NCBI GenBank assembly: GCA_024280655.1
Contig: JAJRPR010000011.1
Coordinates: forward strand, 1 to 41,181
Direction of reading: 5' to 3'
From: Alphaproteobacteria bacterium
GTDB lineage: Bacteria; Pseudomonadota; Alphaproteobacteria; Rhizobiales; Devosiaceae
Length of the DNA stretch: 41,181 nt
Shown: piece after piece, positions 19,763 through 27,577 of the stretch
Position numbering within the stretch: the first letter of the stretch is position 1
Layout: each line of letters begins with the position of its first letter
Made by a program: the position numbers and the translations under genes
Notes under the pieces: model-generated
Database searches by the model: none
The model's input: only the letters and a program-made list of their open reading frames with translations
Told to the model about the DNA's origin: nothing

Positions 19763-20788
19763 ATGCTTAGATTGATAATTAGTTTTTTGTTTAGTTTCTC
19801 TGTGGCCTCAGGATTAATGGCTCAACCAATTATTGGTATTAGCTACCCTCCTATAAAAGACTCCACTACCCGTGACTTTACCTTACAAAAACTACCTCAA
19901 ATTGGAGTTACATATATAAGGATTGGTGAGCAATGGAAAAATCGCGAGCCACAACGTGGAAAATTTAACTGGAAACCACTAAAAAATAGAATTGATAGCC
20001 TTTCTAAGCAAAATTTGAAAATAGTACTGACTATTCAAACCAATGGGCCTGATTGGGCATGCGCTAAATCAAACTATGAAACCTGTATCTATAAGGACTT
20101 TAGTGATTTTGAGCCTTATATAAATCAATTACTATCGCGTTATGGTGACAAATTAGATGCTATTCAATTTGGAAATGAATGGGATAATTTATTTGTTGGG
20201 AGCGCACAAGAATATGTAAACTTGCAAAATAAATTTTATGATTTAGTGAAAAAGAACAACCCAAACCTAACTGTTATTTTAGGCGGCATTACTGCCCGTG
20301 CTTATCTTTATCAGGCAATTTGCGAGCAAGGTGAAAAAGTTGATCAAAGTGAATATCAATTTAAAAAACAAATAAATTTGAATGTATTTTTAAACAATGA
20401 AATTTGTAAGAGAAAAAGGCAAAGCTATATAAAAGACCAAACCGAAGTAAGGTTTGTTTTTAATAATGCTAAATATGATATAGCAGATATTCACCTATAT
20501 GATATCCCAGACTTATGGCCGCTATTCATAAAAATGATGAAACGTGATACTAAAAAACCGATTTATGTCACTGAGTTTGGTGGCCCTAACCCCGATTTAG
20601 AGCGTTCAGATCCACAATATCAAGCAAACCGTCTAGAAGTATATCTCAAAACAATTTCGACCTTGCCCGTTTTGCGTGCTTATTATTTCAAACTAACTGA
20701 TGGTGGTTCAGCATATCATAATCTTTCTGGTCTGTTTGATGAAAATGGAAAAGAAAAACCGGCGCTCAAAGTTGTCAAAGACAGATAA
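19763..20788 (+). CDS. secreted clan GH-A (TIM-barrel) glycoside hydrolase, family unassigned
   Basis: 341 aa with signal peptide MLRLIISFLFSFSVASGLMAQP. Motifs: WKNREPQRGKFNW, FGNEWD (NE acid/base motif), HLY, VTEFGG (nucleophile Glu) and C-terminal GLFDENGKEKPA. The gene is noticeably AT-rich. Confidence 0.65.
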   Translation: MLRLIISFLFSFSVASGLMAQPIIGISYPPIKDSTTRDFTLQKLPQIGVTYIRIGEQWKNREPQRGKFNWKPLKNRIDSLSKQNLKIVLTIQTNGPDWACAKSNYETCIYKDFSDFEPYINQLLSRYGDKLDAIQFGNEWDNLFVGSAQEYVNLQNKFYDLVKKNNPNLTVILGGITARAYLYQAICEQGEKVDQSEYQFKKQINLNVFLNNEICKRKRQSYIKDQTEVRFVFNNAKYDIADIHLYDIPDLWPLFIKMMKRDTKKPIYVTEFGGPNPDLERSDPQYQANRLEVYLKTISTLPVLRAYYFKLTDGGSAYHNLSGLFDENGKEKPALKVVKDR

Positions 20789-20983
20789 ATTGAACAAAGT
20801 CTATGCAACCTTAGCATCAACCGCTTCTACTATATTAGGTTTTTGTCCTTGATTTGAATTGTCTTCTTTACGTCTATTGTGCGCTGGCGGAGGCGCTTCT
20901 TTTATTTTCTCTTATGCTCAATTTCTTCTGGCGTTAGCTCCATCTTGAACACATCAACAATATTATCCAATTCATGAACTTGA

Positions 20984-21119
20984 TTATCAATTACCAACAA
21001 TTAATGTGATAAATTCCATTAACCCAGCACCAACACAAGCTCCAGCTGTTGTAGTTAATTGCGATGCGATACAAAATCCAATTGCCAAAAGACTTTGCTT
21101 GATGAGAAGCGAAGGGTAA
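20984..21119 (+). pseudogene. 3' fragment of a second TAXI-type gene (last ~45 codons plus stop, no 5' part)
   Basis: Reads YQLPTINVINSINPAPTQAPAVVVNCDAIQNPIAKRLCLMRSEG*, against ...YQLPTINVINSISPAPTQAPAIVVNCDAIQNPVAKRLCLMRSEG* in the intact gene. An in-frame TGA at 20946..20948 closes the frame upstream. Confidence 0.8.
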
Positions 21120-21182
21120 TAAGCTATTTTTAGCAGACAAAATAGGACGCCTAATTTAGGCGCCCTTTTGATTGTTATAGCC
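20984..21182 (+). repeat. direct repeat DR2 (copy of 19511..19707)
   Basis: Includes a copy of the terminator hairpin (21144..21166, one A.C mismatch in the stem, followed by TTTG). Confidence 0.9.
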
Positions 21183-21209
21183 TAATCAAATAATTTTGAT
21201 TAGGCTATA
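21176..21209. repeat. perfect 15-bp-arm palindrome
   Basis: TATAGCCTAATCAAA-TAAT-TTTGATTAGGCTATA, read directly. Confidence 0.95.
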
Positions 21210-21360
21210 AGGTGCGAAGAGCGCCCGGCGCTTATGCGCCGCACCTCGTGTAGGCGGCTCCTCCCGCTGCGCCAGCGCTAGCGCGGCGAGTGCGTAGCAA
21301 GAAATTGCCGTGAGCGAAATACTATATCTAAACCATTCTTAAGTGATTTAGAGATAGTAT
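21210..21360. repeat. GC-rich palindrome-rich block (copy D, tentatively related to the mosaic family) plus an AT-rich hairpin
   Basis: AGGTGCG...CGCACCT (about 21210..21247). A near-palindromic CGCTGCGCCAGCGCTAGCGCGGCG follows. Arms ATACTATATCTAAA (21319..21332) and TTTAGAGATAGTAT (21347..21360) match 13/14. Only short motifs are shared with the flanks of copies B and C. Confidence 0.5.
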
Positions 21361-21375
21361 ATTCGGAACTCATAA

Positions 21376-21404
21376 TTGACACCCCCAATAAATACAGGCA
21401 TTAT
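21376..21404 (+). promoter_or_regulatory. candidate sigma70-type promoter for the 21539 gene
   Basis: TTGACA (21376..21381), a 17-nt spacer, then CATTAT (21399..21404). It lies about 135 nt upstream of ATG 21539. Sequence match only. Confidence 0.3.
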
Positions 21405-21538
21405 AAAGCTAAATAAATATTTGATATTGGCGATATTCTTTATTTTTGCCTTATTAATTGAGCTTTACTCGTCGCTTTTGTTTTGGCAGGCTCTTTTGCT
21501 AGCAAAATACATCGCAGATGCTCTGAGGAGAAAGTCCG

Positions 21539-22108
21539 ATGAAAATAGTTCAAAACCTTATAAAAATATTTTTATTATGGGTGTCGATTGTTGGTGCGAC
21601 AATGTTGTTTGCCAGTACGAGTGCTCGTGCTCAGACATGCGTCATGGAATATATCGGCACTGAACTGCTGGGTAATGCGAAGTTTTGTGCCAGTTCTGAG
21701 CTGAAGCCCCAAGGAGCAGGCTCTTATGGGCCTGAGAATCTGGGTGGCAGGACATCAGAAACTTATTCTGGCGCATGGTGCGAAGGAGTTAAAGGGAACG
21801 GTATTGGTCAGTGGGTTTCTGTAGATATTCAAGTGCCAATAAAAACCCTATGGGTTGAAAATGGTTATCAGAAATCTAACAAGGCGTTTACCAGAAATAA
21901 CAGGGTCAGGCACGCATTAATCGAGACTGGTTCTGGAGACAGTTTTGAGGTTACGCTAGAAGATGTAATGGGAAAACAATATATATATTTACCTAACTGG
22001 GAAAAATCGGGAAAGGTCAAATTGACCATTTTATCTGTCTATTCGGGTAGTCATTATAAAGATACCTGCATTTCCTTGATGTGGCCTGACGCTGAAGAAA
22101 TGCGATAA
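21539..22108 (+). CDS. secreted F5/8-type-C-like (NADase-type) glycan-binding domain protein
   Basis: 189 aa. GAGGAG is 8 nt upstream. Signal peptide ...ASTSARA/QT. The segment GAWCEGVKGNGIGQWVSVDIQ...WVENGYQKSNKAFTRNNRVRHALIE...LTILSVYSGSHYKDTCIS matches my recollection of the NADase-type glycan-binding domain pattern. Confidence 0.6.
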   Translation: MKIVQNLIKIFLLWVSIVGATMLFASTSARAQTCVMEYIGTELLGNAKFCASSELKPQGAGSYGPENLGGRTSETYSGAWCEGVKGNGIGQWVSVDIQVPIKTLWVENGYQKSNKAFTRNNRVRHALIETGSGDSFEVTLEDVMGKQYIYLPNWEKSGKVKLTILSVYSGSHYKDTCISLMWPDAEEMR

Positions 22109-22257
22109 CTAGAGTTTCAGCAGTTTAATGATTAAACATTATTTTATGTATATTTGAGGCCGCTTAATTTATTTTAATACTAACAACTAATTTTTTTATT
22201 TAAGATTACATGGACATCAAGCTCAATGGAGAATAGTGCGCTTTGACAGTAAAACTT

Positions 22258-22400
22258 CAAACGGACCAGCGAGCTTCAACGCGAGCCGCCACTTGTGTGG
22301 CGCCCATCGGAGCATGAGCGCAGCGAATTAGCGTGAGATATATGAATGGCGGGGATGGCGGGGTCGGGAGCAAAGCGACCAACAGCGACAAGTATAAAGA
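22258..22400 (-). repeat. GC-rich intergenic mosaic element, copy C
   Basis: Core GGTCGGGAGCAAAGCGACCAACAGCGAC at 22362..22389 is the reverse complement of the copy-A core with 1 mismatch. It is preceded by GGCGGGGATGGCGGG, the counterpart of GGCGGGGGTGTCGGG in copy B. It ends 14 nt from the tRNA-Thr 3' end. Confidence 0.85.
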
Positions 22401-22403
22401 GAA

Positions 22404-22479
22404 TGGTGCCGGCAGAGAGACTCGAACTCCCGACCCTCTGATTACAAATCAGATGCTCTACCAACTGAGCTATACCGGC
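22404..22479 (-). tRNA. tRNA-Thr (anticodon UGU), 3' CCA encoded
   Basis: Reverse complement reads GCCGGTA TA GCTC AGTTGGTA GAGC A TCTGA TTTGTAA TCAGA GGGTC GGGAG TTCGAGT CTCTC TGCCGGC A CCA. It is 76 nt with a short variable arm. Confidence 0.9.
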
Positions 22480-22631
22480 AACCTAAAAAGCTTGCTATCA
22501 CCCGCTTTAGATAAGTTCAAGGGGGAAAGATAAATAATTATTAGAAATCCTTATCTTCGTACACTCCTGCACTGGTATCAAAGGATTAAGCGTGCTAATT
22601 ATTCTAGTAGATTATATTTTGGAGTTATGAA

Positions 22632-23408
22632 TTGTCACAAAGCCCAGCAAAAAAAATAGCCTTTTTGGCTAGTAATGCGCCAGAAGCGCAAAGAGCTGCC
22701 AAAAAATTCACTAAAAAGTTTGCAGGTGTAGACATTGAGCAAGCTGATATTGTTGTGGCGCTTGGTGGTGATGGCTTTATGCTAGAAAGTTTGCACAAAG
22801 CTATGGAATATAAAATTCCTGTTTATGGCATGAATTGCGGCTCTATTGGCTTTTTAATGAATGATTTTTATAAGGGCGACTTAATTGAGCGACTTGATTT
22901 AGCTCGGCCAAAAGATATATATCCGCTTTTCATGAAGGTAAAAGATGCAAATAATCAGACCCATCATGCTTTAGCGCTTAATGAAGTTTCTCTATTTCGC
23001 TCGACCTATCAAGCTGCTAAAATTAAAATAATTGTTGATGGCAAGGTTAGACTAAAAGAATTGATATCTGATGGTGTGCTGTTAGCTACCCCTGCTGGAT
23101 CAACCGCCTATAATCTTTCAGCGCACGGGCCAATATTGCCGATTGATTCTCCTCTATTAGCACTAACCCCAATCTCTCCATTTCGCCCCAGAAGATGGCG
23201 GGGGGCAATTTTGCATAATAATGCAAAAGTTACCTTCAAAACACTTGAAGCAAATAAGCGCCCAATAAGTGCAGTTGCTGATAATGTTGAGTTTGAGAAT
23301 GTTTTAAGCGTTGAGATTTTTGAGGATCGCTCAAAAAAAGTAACTCTATTATTTGATCCCGGTCACGGCTTGGAAGAAAGAGTTCTTAACGAACAGTTTT
23401 TAATCTAA
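22632..23408 (+). CDS. nadK: NAD kinase
   Basis: 258 aa. TTG start with GGAG 7 nt upstream. Motifs GGDGFML, NEV and LATPAGSTAYNLSAHGPI. Confidence 0.9.
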   Translation: MSQSPAKKIAFLASNAPEAQRAAKKFTKKFAGVDIEQADIVVALGGDGFMLESLHKAMEYKIPVYGMNCGSIGFLMNDFYKGDLIERLDLARPKDIYPLFMKVKDANNQTHHALALNEVSLFRSTYQAAKIKIIVDGKVRLKELISDGVLLATPAGSTAYNLSAHGPILPIDSPLLALTPISPFRPRRWRGAILHNNAKVTFKTLEANKRPISAVADNVEFENVLSVEIFEDRSKKVTLLFDPGHGLEERVLNEQFLI

Positions 23409-23445
23409 TTGTGGGCAGTGCTTAAGTGTAATCTCGCTTGTTAAT

Positions 23446-24009
23446 TTGAAAAAATCTTGTAAAATTATTCATTCTGAATATTTTGGGGTAGATAATTTGA
23501 ATGACAAAAATTTAGCAAACAAGCCCAATCTGCCTGGCAGGTTATTAGAAACTATCGAGCCAGATAGAGAACTGCTTGATAAAATTATTTATTTGCAACT
23601 TGGCAAAGGAGCTATTCATCCGATTGATAAGGCTGATCGCCAAGTTGATCATTTATCTATAGATTTTGAAAAATGGCTCAATGACGATATTAATGAGCTT
23701 TTATCATGTTGGAATAAGCTAAAGAGCCATGATGATGATCCAAAATCATTTTCTTCATTTAATAAAGCCGTTCATATAATTAAGGGCAATGCAGGCATTC
23801 TTAATAATGATGAAGCAGGTCATTTTGCGGCCACTTTATCACGCCTAATTGAGCGCACCTGCTATCTAAAGGAACATCTTGAGGCCATAGAATTATTAGT
23901 TCAGGCAATAGGTCTTTGCACAAAAACTAAACATAATAGCGCAAAAAATATTGAAGAAATCCAACAAGGCTTTGAAGTAATAATTAATAAGAAAATTGCT
24001 CAAATATAA
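23446..24009 (+). CDS. Hpt (histidine phosphotransfer) domain protein
   Basis: 187 aa. AVHIIKGNAGILNNDEAG fits the HxxKG phosphohistidine motif in a helical context. The protein has no internal Met, so the start must be non-ATG. TTG 23446 is assumed and the start is uncertain. Confidence 0.55.
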   Translation: MKKSCKIIHSEYFGVDNLNDKNLANKPNLPGRLLETIEPDRELLDKIIYLQLGKGAIHPIDKADRQVDHLSIDFEKWLNDDINELLSCWNKLKSHDDDPKSFSSFNKAVHIIKGNAGILNNDEAGHFAATLSRLIERTCYLKEHLEAIELLVQAIGLCTKTKHNSAKNIEEIQQGFEVIINKKIAQI

Positions 24010-24010
24010 T

Positions 24011-25222
24011 TTAAGCCGCAGGAAGCGCTAATGCTTGTTCACTTTCGTTCAAAGGCAATGGAAGTTGCTTATTACTCTTTTCTCCTGTTGCAAATGCAGG
24101 CATAACACCAGCTGCAGCGCTACGGGCAAGCAAAATATTTTGCTCATTAAGATAAGAAAAAGCATCTTCTAATTCTGGAGCAATATTTCCATCATGTTCA
24201 TCTAGCAATTCATTAATCAGACAAGTTACAACTAAATGGCGTGCTGATAAATCGTCAGCTAAATCAACGCTTCGTGCATAAAATATTAATCTAGCTAATA
24301 GGTTGCGAATAGCCATATTCATACCGCTTTTTGAGAAAAGCGCATTAAGAGAAGCTCTTGAGCCAGAATTTAATAAGGTGAATATTTTTTCTTGTGGGAT
24401 ATTGGTAAGCACCGCAACACATTGTGCAAAAAACAAAACATCACCACTCACCACACTATGCAATAATATTCTAGCATTGACCTGATTTTTATCGATCATT
24501 TCAAGAGCATAATCGCTTAATCCCAAACAAGCTTCGCTTTCACCAATAGATGTTATAGCTGAATTTGTTAGATCACGCATCAGACGATTTAATGGTCTTT
24601 GTGCAATAGCTCCCTTAACAAGCCTAGAGTTAGTTAGATCAGAGCAAACTTTTTCAATTAATAAAAACCTAGAAGATCCGGGTAACTCATCTCGTGCAAA
24701 AAGCGCATCACGAATTTTGGGATTATCACCCAAATCATCAGCAATTCTTGCGAGAACATTAGGAGCTATATCAACATCATGTCGCCAAAGAACCTTTAGC
24801 GAAATATCAGAATTATTATTCTCAAGCAAAGCGTGCACAACTCGCTGGGTTAGTTCAGGGCGATCAGCGATGCAATCAAGCATTGCGATATCTTGGCTTT
24901 TAACAACGCCCATCAGATCTGCATCAACTAAAATCGGAGAATATTGTGCCACTGCTCGAGAGATTATCGGCACATCGTGTAAAAGCGACAAAATAACAGG
25001 GCGTGGGGCATGTTTTGAATGTAACAATCCATAAGCAAGAGCTGCACGAACTTTTACAGAATTATCCTCTAAAAAAGAAATTAAAGAAGCATAAAGCGCT
25101 GCATATTCATCAACTGAACCATTATGATCAACAAATGACAAAGATGCTAAATGAGCAGCTTGTGAGCGCACTTCACTATCTGAACTTTGCGAAAGCTCTA
25201 AGAATTGTTCGTAGAGTACCAT
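24011..25222 (-). CDS. DUF2336-like helical-repeat protein (alphaproteobacterial conserved hypothetical)
   Basis: 403 aa with HEAT/ARM-like repeats (SDSEVRSQAAHLASL..., SVKVRAALAYGL...). The family assignment is from memory only. Confidence 0.5.
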   Translation of the reverse strand: MVLYEQFLELSQSSDSEVRSQAAHLASLSFVDHNGSVDEYAALYASLISFLEDNSVKVRAALAYGLLHSKHAPRPVILSLLHDVPIISRAVAQYSPILVDADLMGVVKSQDIAMLDCIADRPELTQRVVHALLENNNSDISLKVLWRHDVDIAPNVLARIADDLGDNPKIRDALFARDELPGSSRFLLIEKVCSDLTNSRLVKGAIAQRPLNRLMRDLTNSAITSIGESEACLGLSDYALEMIDKNQVNARILLHSVVSGDVLFFAQCVAVLTNIPQEKIFTLLNSGSRASLNALFSKSGMNMAIRNLLARLIFYARSVDLADDLSARHLVVTCLINELLDEHDGNIAPELEDAFSYLNEQNILLARSAAAGVMPAFATGEKSNKQLPLPLNESEQALALPAA

Positions 25223-25352
25223 TATATCCCTTAATTATAAGCCTTAATTATAAACCTGCGCCTAAATGCGTCTTTGAAAGCACTTTAGGTTGCAAGGCTT
25301 AATAATTTGTTCACTATAAATAAGAAGTTTTCTTTTGTTTTACTAGAATTTA

Positions 25353-26042
25353 TCACTCAAACCAAGTCCCGACCCAATTTGCAGGATCAACATAAAGGCC
25401 AAACCAAATTGACCATAATCCAAGCAAAGAAAATATTACACCCAATATCCAGTGTCTGCTTTTTAAGCCAGCTGCTATCCTATCTAAATAACCTGAAAGT
25501 TTGGGGACAATAGCAAGCAAAACTAAGGGCGAAGAAAGAAAAAACCCAAATAAAGACATCATCATAAAACCAATAATAATAGTTTTTGAACTTGCTGACA
25601 TTACCAACAGAGCAAACAAAATTGGCGCAGCGCAGGCTGGAATATTCAATCCAAACGCTATACCAAGAACAGTAGGGTTTTTTGCCTTTTTTAAGGCGCT
25701 AGGAGCAAGGGTGACTGTTTTTTTAAGAAAACTAGATCTATTAAATAAAAACACCAACCCAATCAGCAAATAAATAATGCCAAAAACTAGCCAAATGCTG
25801 GTTTGCGCAACAATTAAGCGTTGGCCAAGAAAAGCAATAAATGCCCCAATTAACCCCATTACTAATGTGCGAGTTAAAAGAAACGCACTAACAGCTTTGA
25901 TTTTTTGTGAGCGAGTGCGGCTTTTTTGTGTATCTAAAAACACTAAATGTGCGCCAATAGTACAAGGTTCAACGAACCCAAGCAACCCTAACCCAATGGG
26001 TAGCATAACAAAAATTAGAAAACTATAATCCACAAAAATCAA
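25353..26042 (-). CDS. CcdA/DsbD-family (DsbD_2-like) membrane thiol-disulfide transporter
   Basis: 229 aa with about 6 TM helices and intramembrane Cys motifs FVEPCTIG and NIPACAAP. The TTG start overlaps the upstream SLT stop by 4 nt. ATG 26006 is an alternative start. Confidence 0.6.
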   Translation of the reverse strand: MIFVDYSFLIFVMLPIGLGLLGFVEPCTIGAHLVFLDTQKSRTRSQKIKAVSAFLLTRTLVMGLIGAFIAFLGQRLIVAQTSIWLVFGIIYLLIGLVFLFNRSSFLKKTVTLAPSALKKAKNPTVLGIAFGLNIPACAAPILFALLVMSASSKTIIIGFMMMSLFGFFLSSPLVLLAIVPKLSGYLDRIAAGLKSRHWILGVIFSLLGLWSIWFGLYVDPANWVGTWFE

Positions 26043-26863
26043 TTCCCATATAGTTGCACAAAAAACGCACCATTATTAACATTTCCTGCTCTGTCTGAAA
26101 TTAGCGAACGAGGCTCATTAGTGGTGTTTGTTGTGAACATATTTTGAAATGAAATATCTCGCTCAATAACTAGTGGAGCTTGCTGATTATTATCTATCTT
26201 TGTGTCTATAGCTTTATTTGCAAGCTGTTGCGCACTAAACTCACTTGCAACAACATTAGCTTGATGCTTGGCTACCAGCGATAAATACACCTGTTTTACG
26301 GTTCTTGGCTCATTGTTGGAATAAAAAATTGAGCGATTTGCTTTGGCAGCATTTGGGAAAAGATTTGCGGCTATTTGATCAGGATTTCTTAATCCAGCTT
26401 CAAACATTTTTTCAGCGCCCTTAGCACCCAAAAAATGCGCAATATAAAGTTCGCCAGCACTTGGTCGCCGCCCAAACCTATTTTCAAGATATTCACCATT
26501 ATTACGAGTAAAAGCTGCGGCAAGATCTGCGGCAATCTGCGGATCTTTTCTTAATTCCAAAATCTCTTGGCGCAATTTTTTATTTTCTACATTAAAGACG
26601 CCGTTTTCATCACGCTTAATAGCATTTGCATAATTTTCATATCCAAGCCTCGCCCCTTCTGACTTCATGGTTTCAAACCACGTGGCCTCAATAAATTGAA
26701 AAAGGCCAGTAGCAGAAGATGTTCTGGCTTTTGCTTTTGGGTTTAAGGAACTTTCACGTATTGCCGTTTGCACCAAATAATCAAAATCCACATCGGATTT
26801 TTGTCCAGCACTATTTATCGCTTGTGCTAAAGCAGGAGAAATTTGAATTGGTTGCATTGACAT
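26039..26863 (-). CDS. lytic transglycosylase (SLT domain) protein
   Basis: 274 aa. AIRESSLNPKAKARTSSATGLFQFIEATW carries the catalytic Glu-Ser and the GLFQF motif of the SLT domain. Confidence 0.75.
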   Translation of the reverse strand: MSMQPIQISPALAQAINSAGQKSDVDFDYLVQTAIRESSLNPKAKARTSSATGLFQFIEATWFETMKSEGARLGYENYANAIKRDENGVFNVENKKLRQEILELRKDPQIAADLAAAFTRNNGEYLENRFGRRPSAGELYIAHFLGAKGAEKMFEAGLRNPDQIAANLFPNAAKANRSIFYSNNEPRTVKQVYLSLVAKHQANVVASEFSAQQLANKAIDTKIDNNQQAPLVIERDISFQNMFTTNTTNEPRSLISDRAGNVNNGAFFVQLYGN

Positions 26864-26918
26864 CTTATTGACCCTTAAGATATTTATTAATCAATGCTAA
26901 ACTATAGTTAAATTTTCG

Positions 26919-27497
26919 TTAATTTTGCCAGTATGTAACAACATCTTTTAAATTTGGCCTAACTCTGTCTTCTAATGTTTTACATGGAGTTCCAATATGA
27001 ATAAAGGCAACAAATTCCTCGCCATTTTTTGCACCCAGCATTTCTTTTGCGCTTTGGTCATAAGAAAACCATCGAGTTACCCAATGTGTTCCAAAACCTA
27101 GCGCATTTGCGCCATGCACAAGATTTAGAGCCACAGAGGCTGCCGAAAGCACTTGCTCAGATTGCGGGATTTTCTCGTGTTTGATGGGCGAACTTACGAC
27201 AGCAACAGTTAGCGGGGCTGGTAAAAATTGATTTCGCTCAACTTCTAGCTTGTCTTCATCTATATCTGGATTGTTTTCCTTAGCAATTAACGCCAGATTT
27301 TTTCCAATTGCTATGCGTTTCTCACCTTTATAAATGATCAAACGCCAAGGGGCTAATTTTCCATGATCAGGAACTCTAGTTGCTATTTCCAATATTTCCT
27401 TTAATTCGCTTTCACTTGGACCCGGATTCTGCAAAAATGGAAGAGGTACGGAGCGACGTTTTTTCAAATAATTTATAATTTCTGCATTGCGTGACAT
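26919..27497 (-). CDS. nitroreductase-family protein
   Basis: 192 aa. LKKRRSVP...PGPSESELKEILEIATRVPDHGKLAPWRLIIY is typical of the family. Confidence 0.75.
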   Translation of the reverse strand: MSRNAEIINYLKKRRSVPLPFLQNPGPSESELKEILEIATRVPDHGKLAPWRLIIYKGEKRIAIGKNLALIAKENNPDIDEDKLEVERNQFLPAPLTVAVVSSPIKHEKIPQSEQVLSAASVALNLVHGANALGFGTHWVTRWFSYDQSAKEMLGAKNGEEFVAFIHIGTPCKTLEDRVRPNLKDVVTYWQN

Positions 27498-27577
27498 AAT
27501 TTACCTTTTTTGTTTATATTTACTCGACTATAGTATTTTTGTTTTCCCTGCCCTTTTAGAACAAGTTAATAAAACAT

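Noticed and set aside
21376-21663. 95-aa ORF upstream of and overlapping the 189-aa glycan-binding gene.
   Set aside because: It has a TTG start with no SD. It overlaps the better-supported gene by 125 nt in another frame. Its first codons coincide with a TTGACA -35-like box, so the region is more likely promoter and 5' UTR.
18222-22403. Classical tRNA-integrated genomic island.
   Set aside because: There is no integrase or recombinase gene. By eye I found no direct repeat of the tRNA-Thr or tRNA-Trp 3' end inside the interval. It is described only as an accessory islet.
22404-22479. First pass read the anticodon loop as containing GTA (tRNA-Tyr).
   Set aside because: With the 5-bp anticodon stem TCTGA/TCAGA, the 7-nt loop is TTTGTAA, giving anticodon TGT (Thr). 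The short 5-nt variable arm is also incompatible with bacterial tRNA-Tyr.
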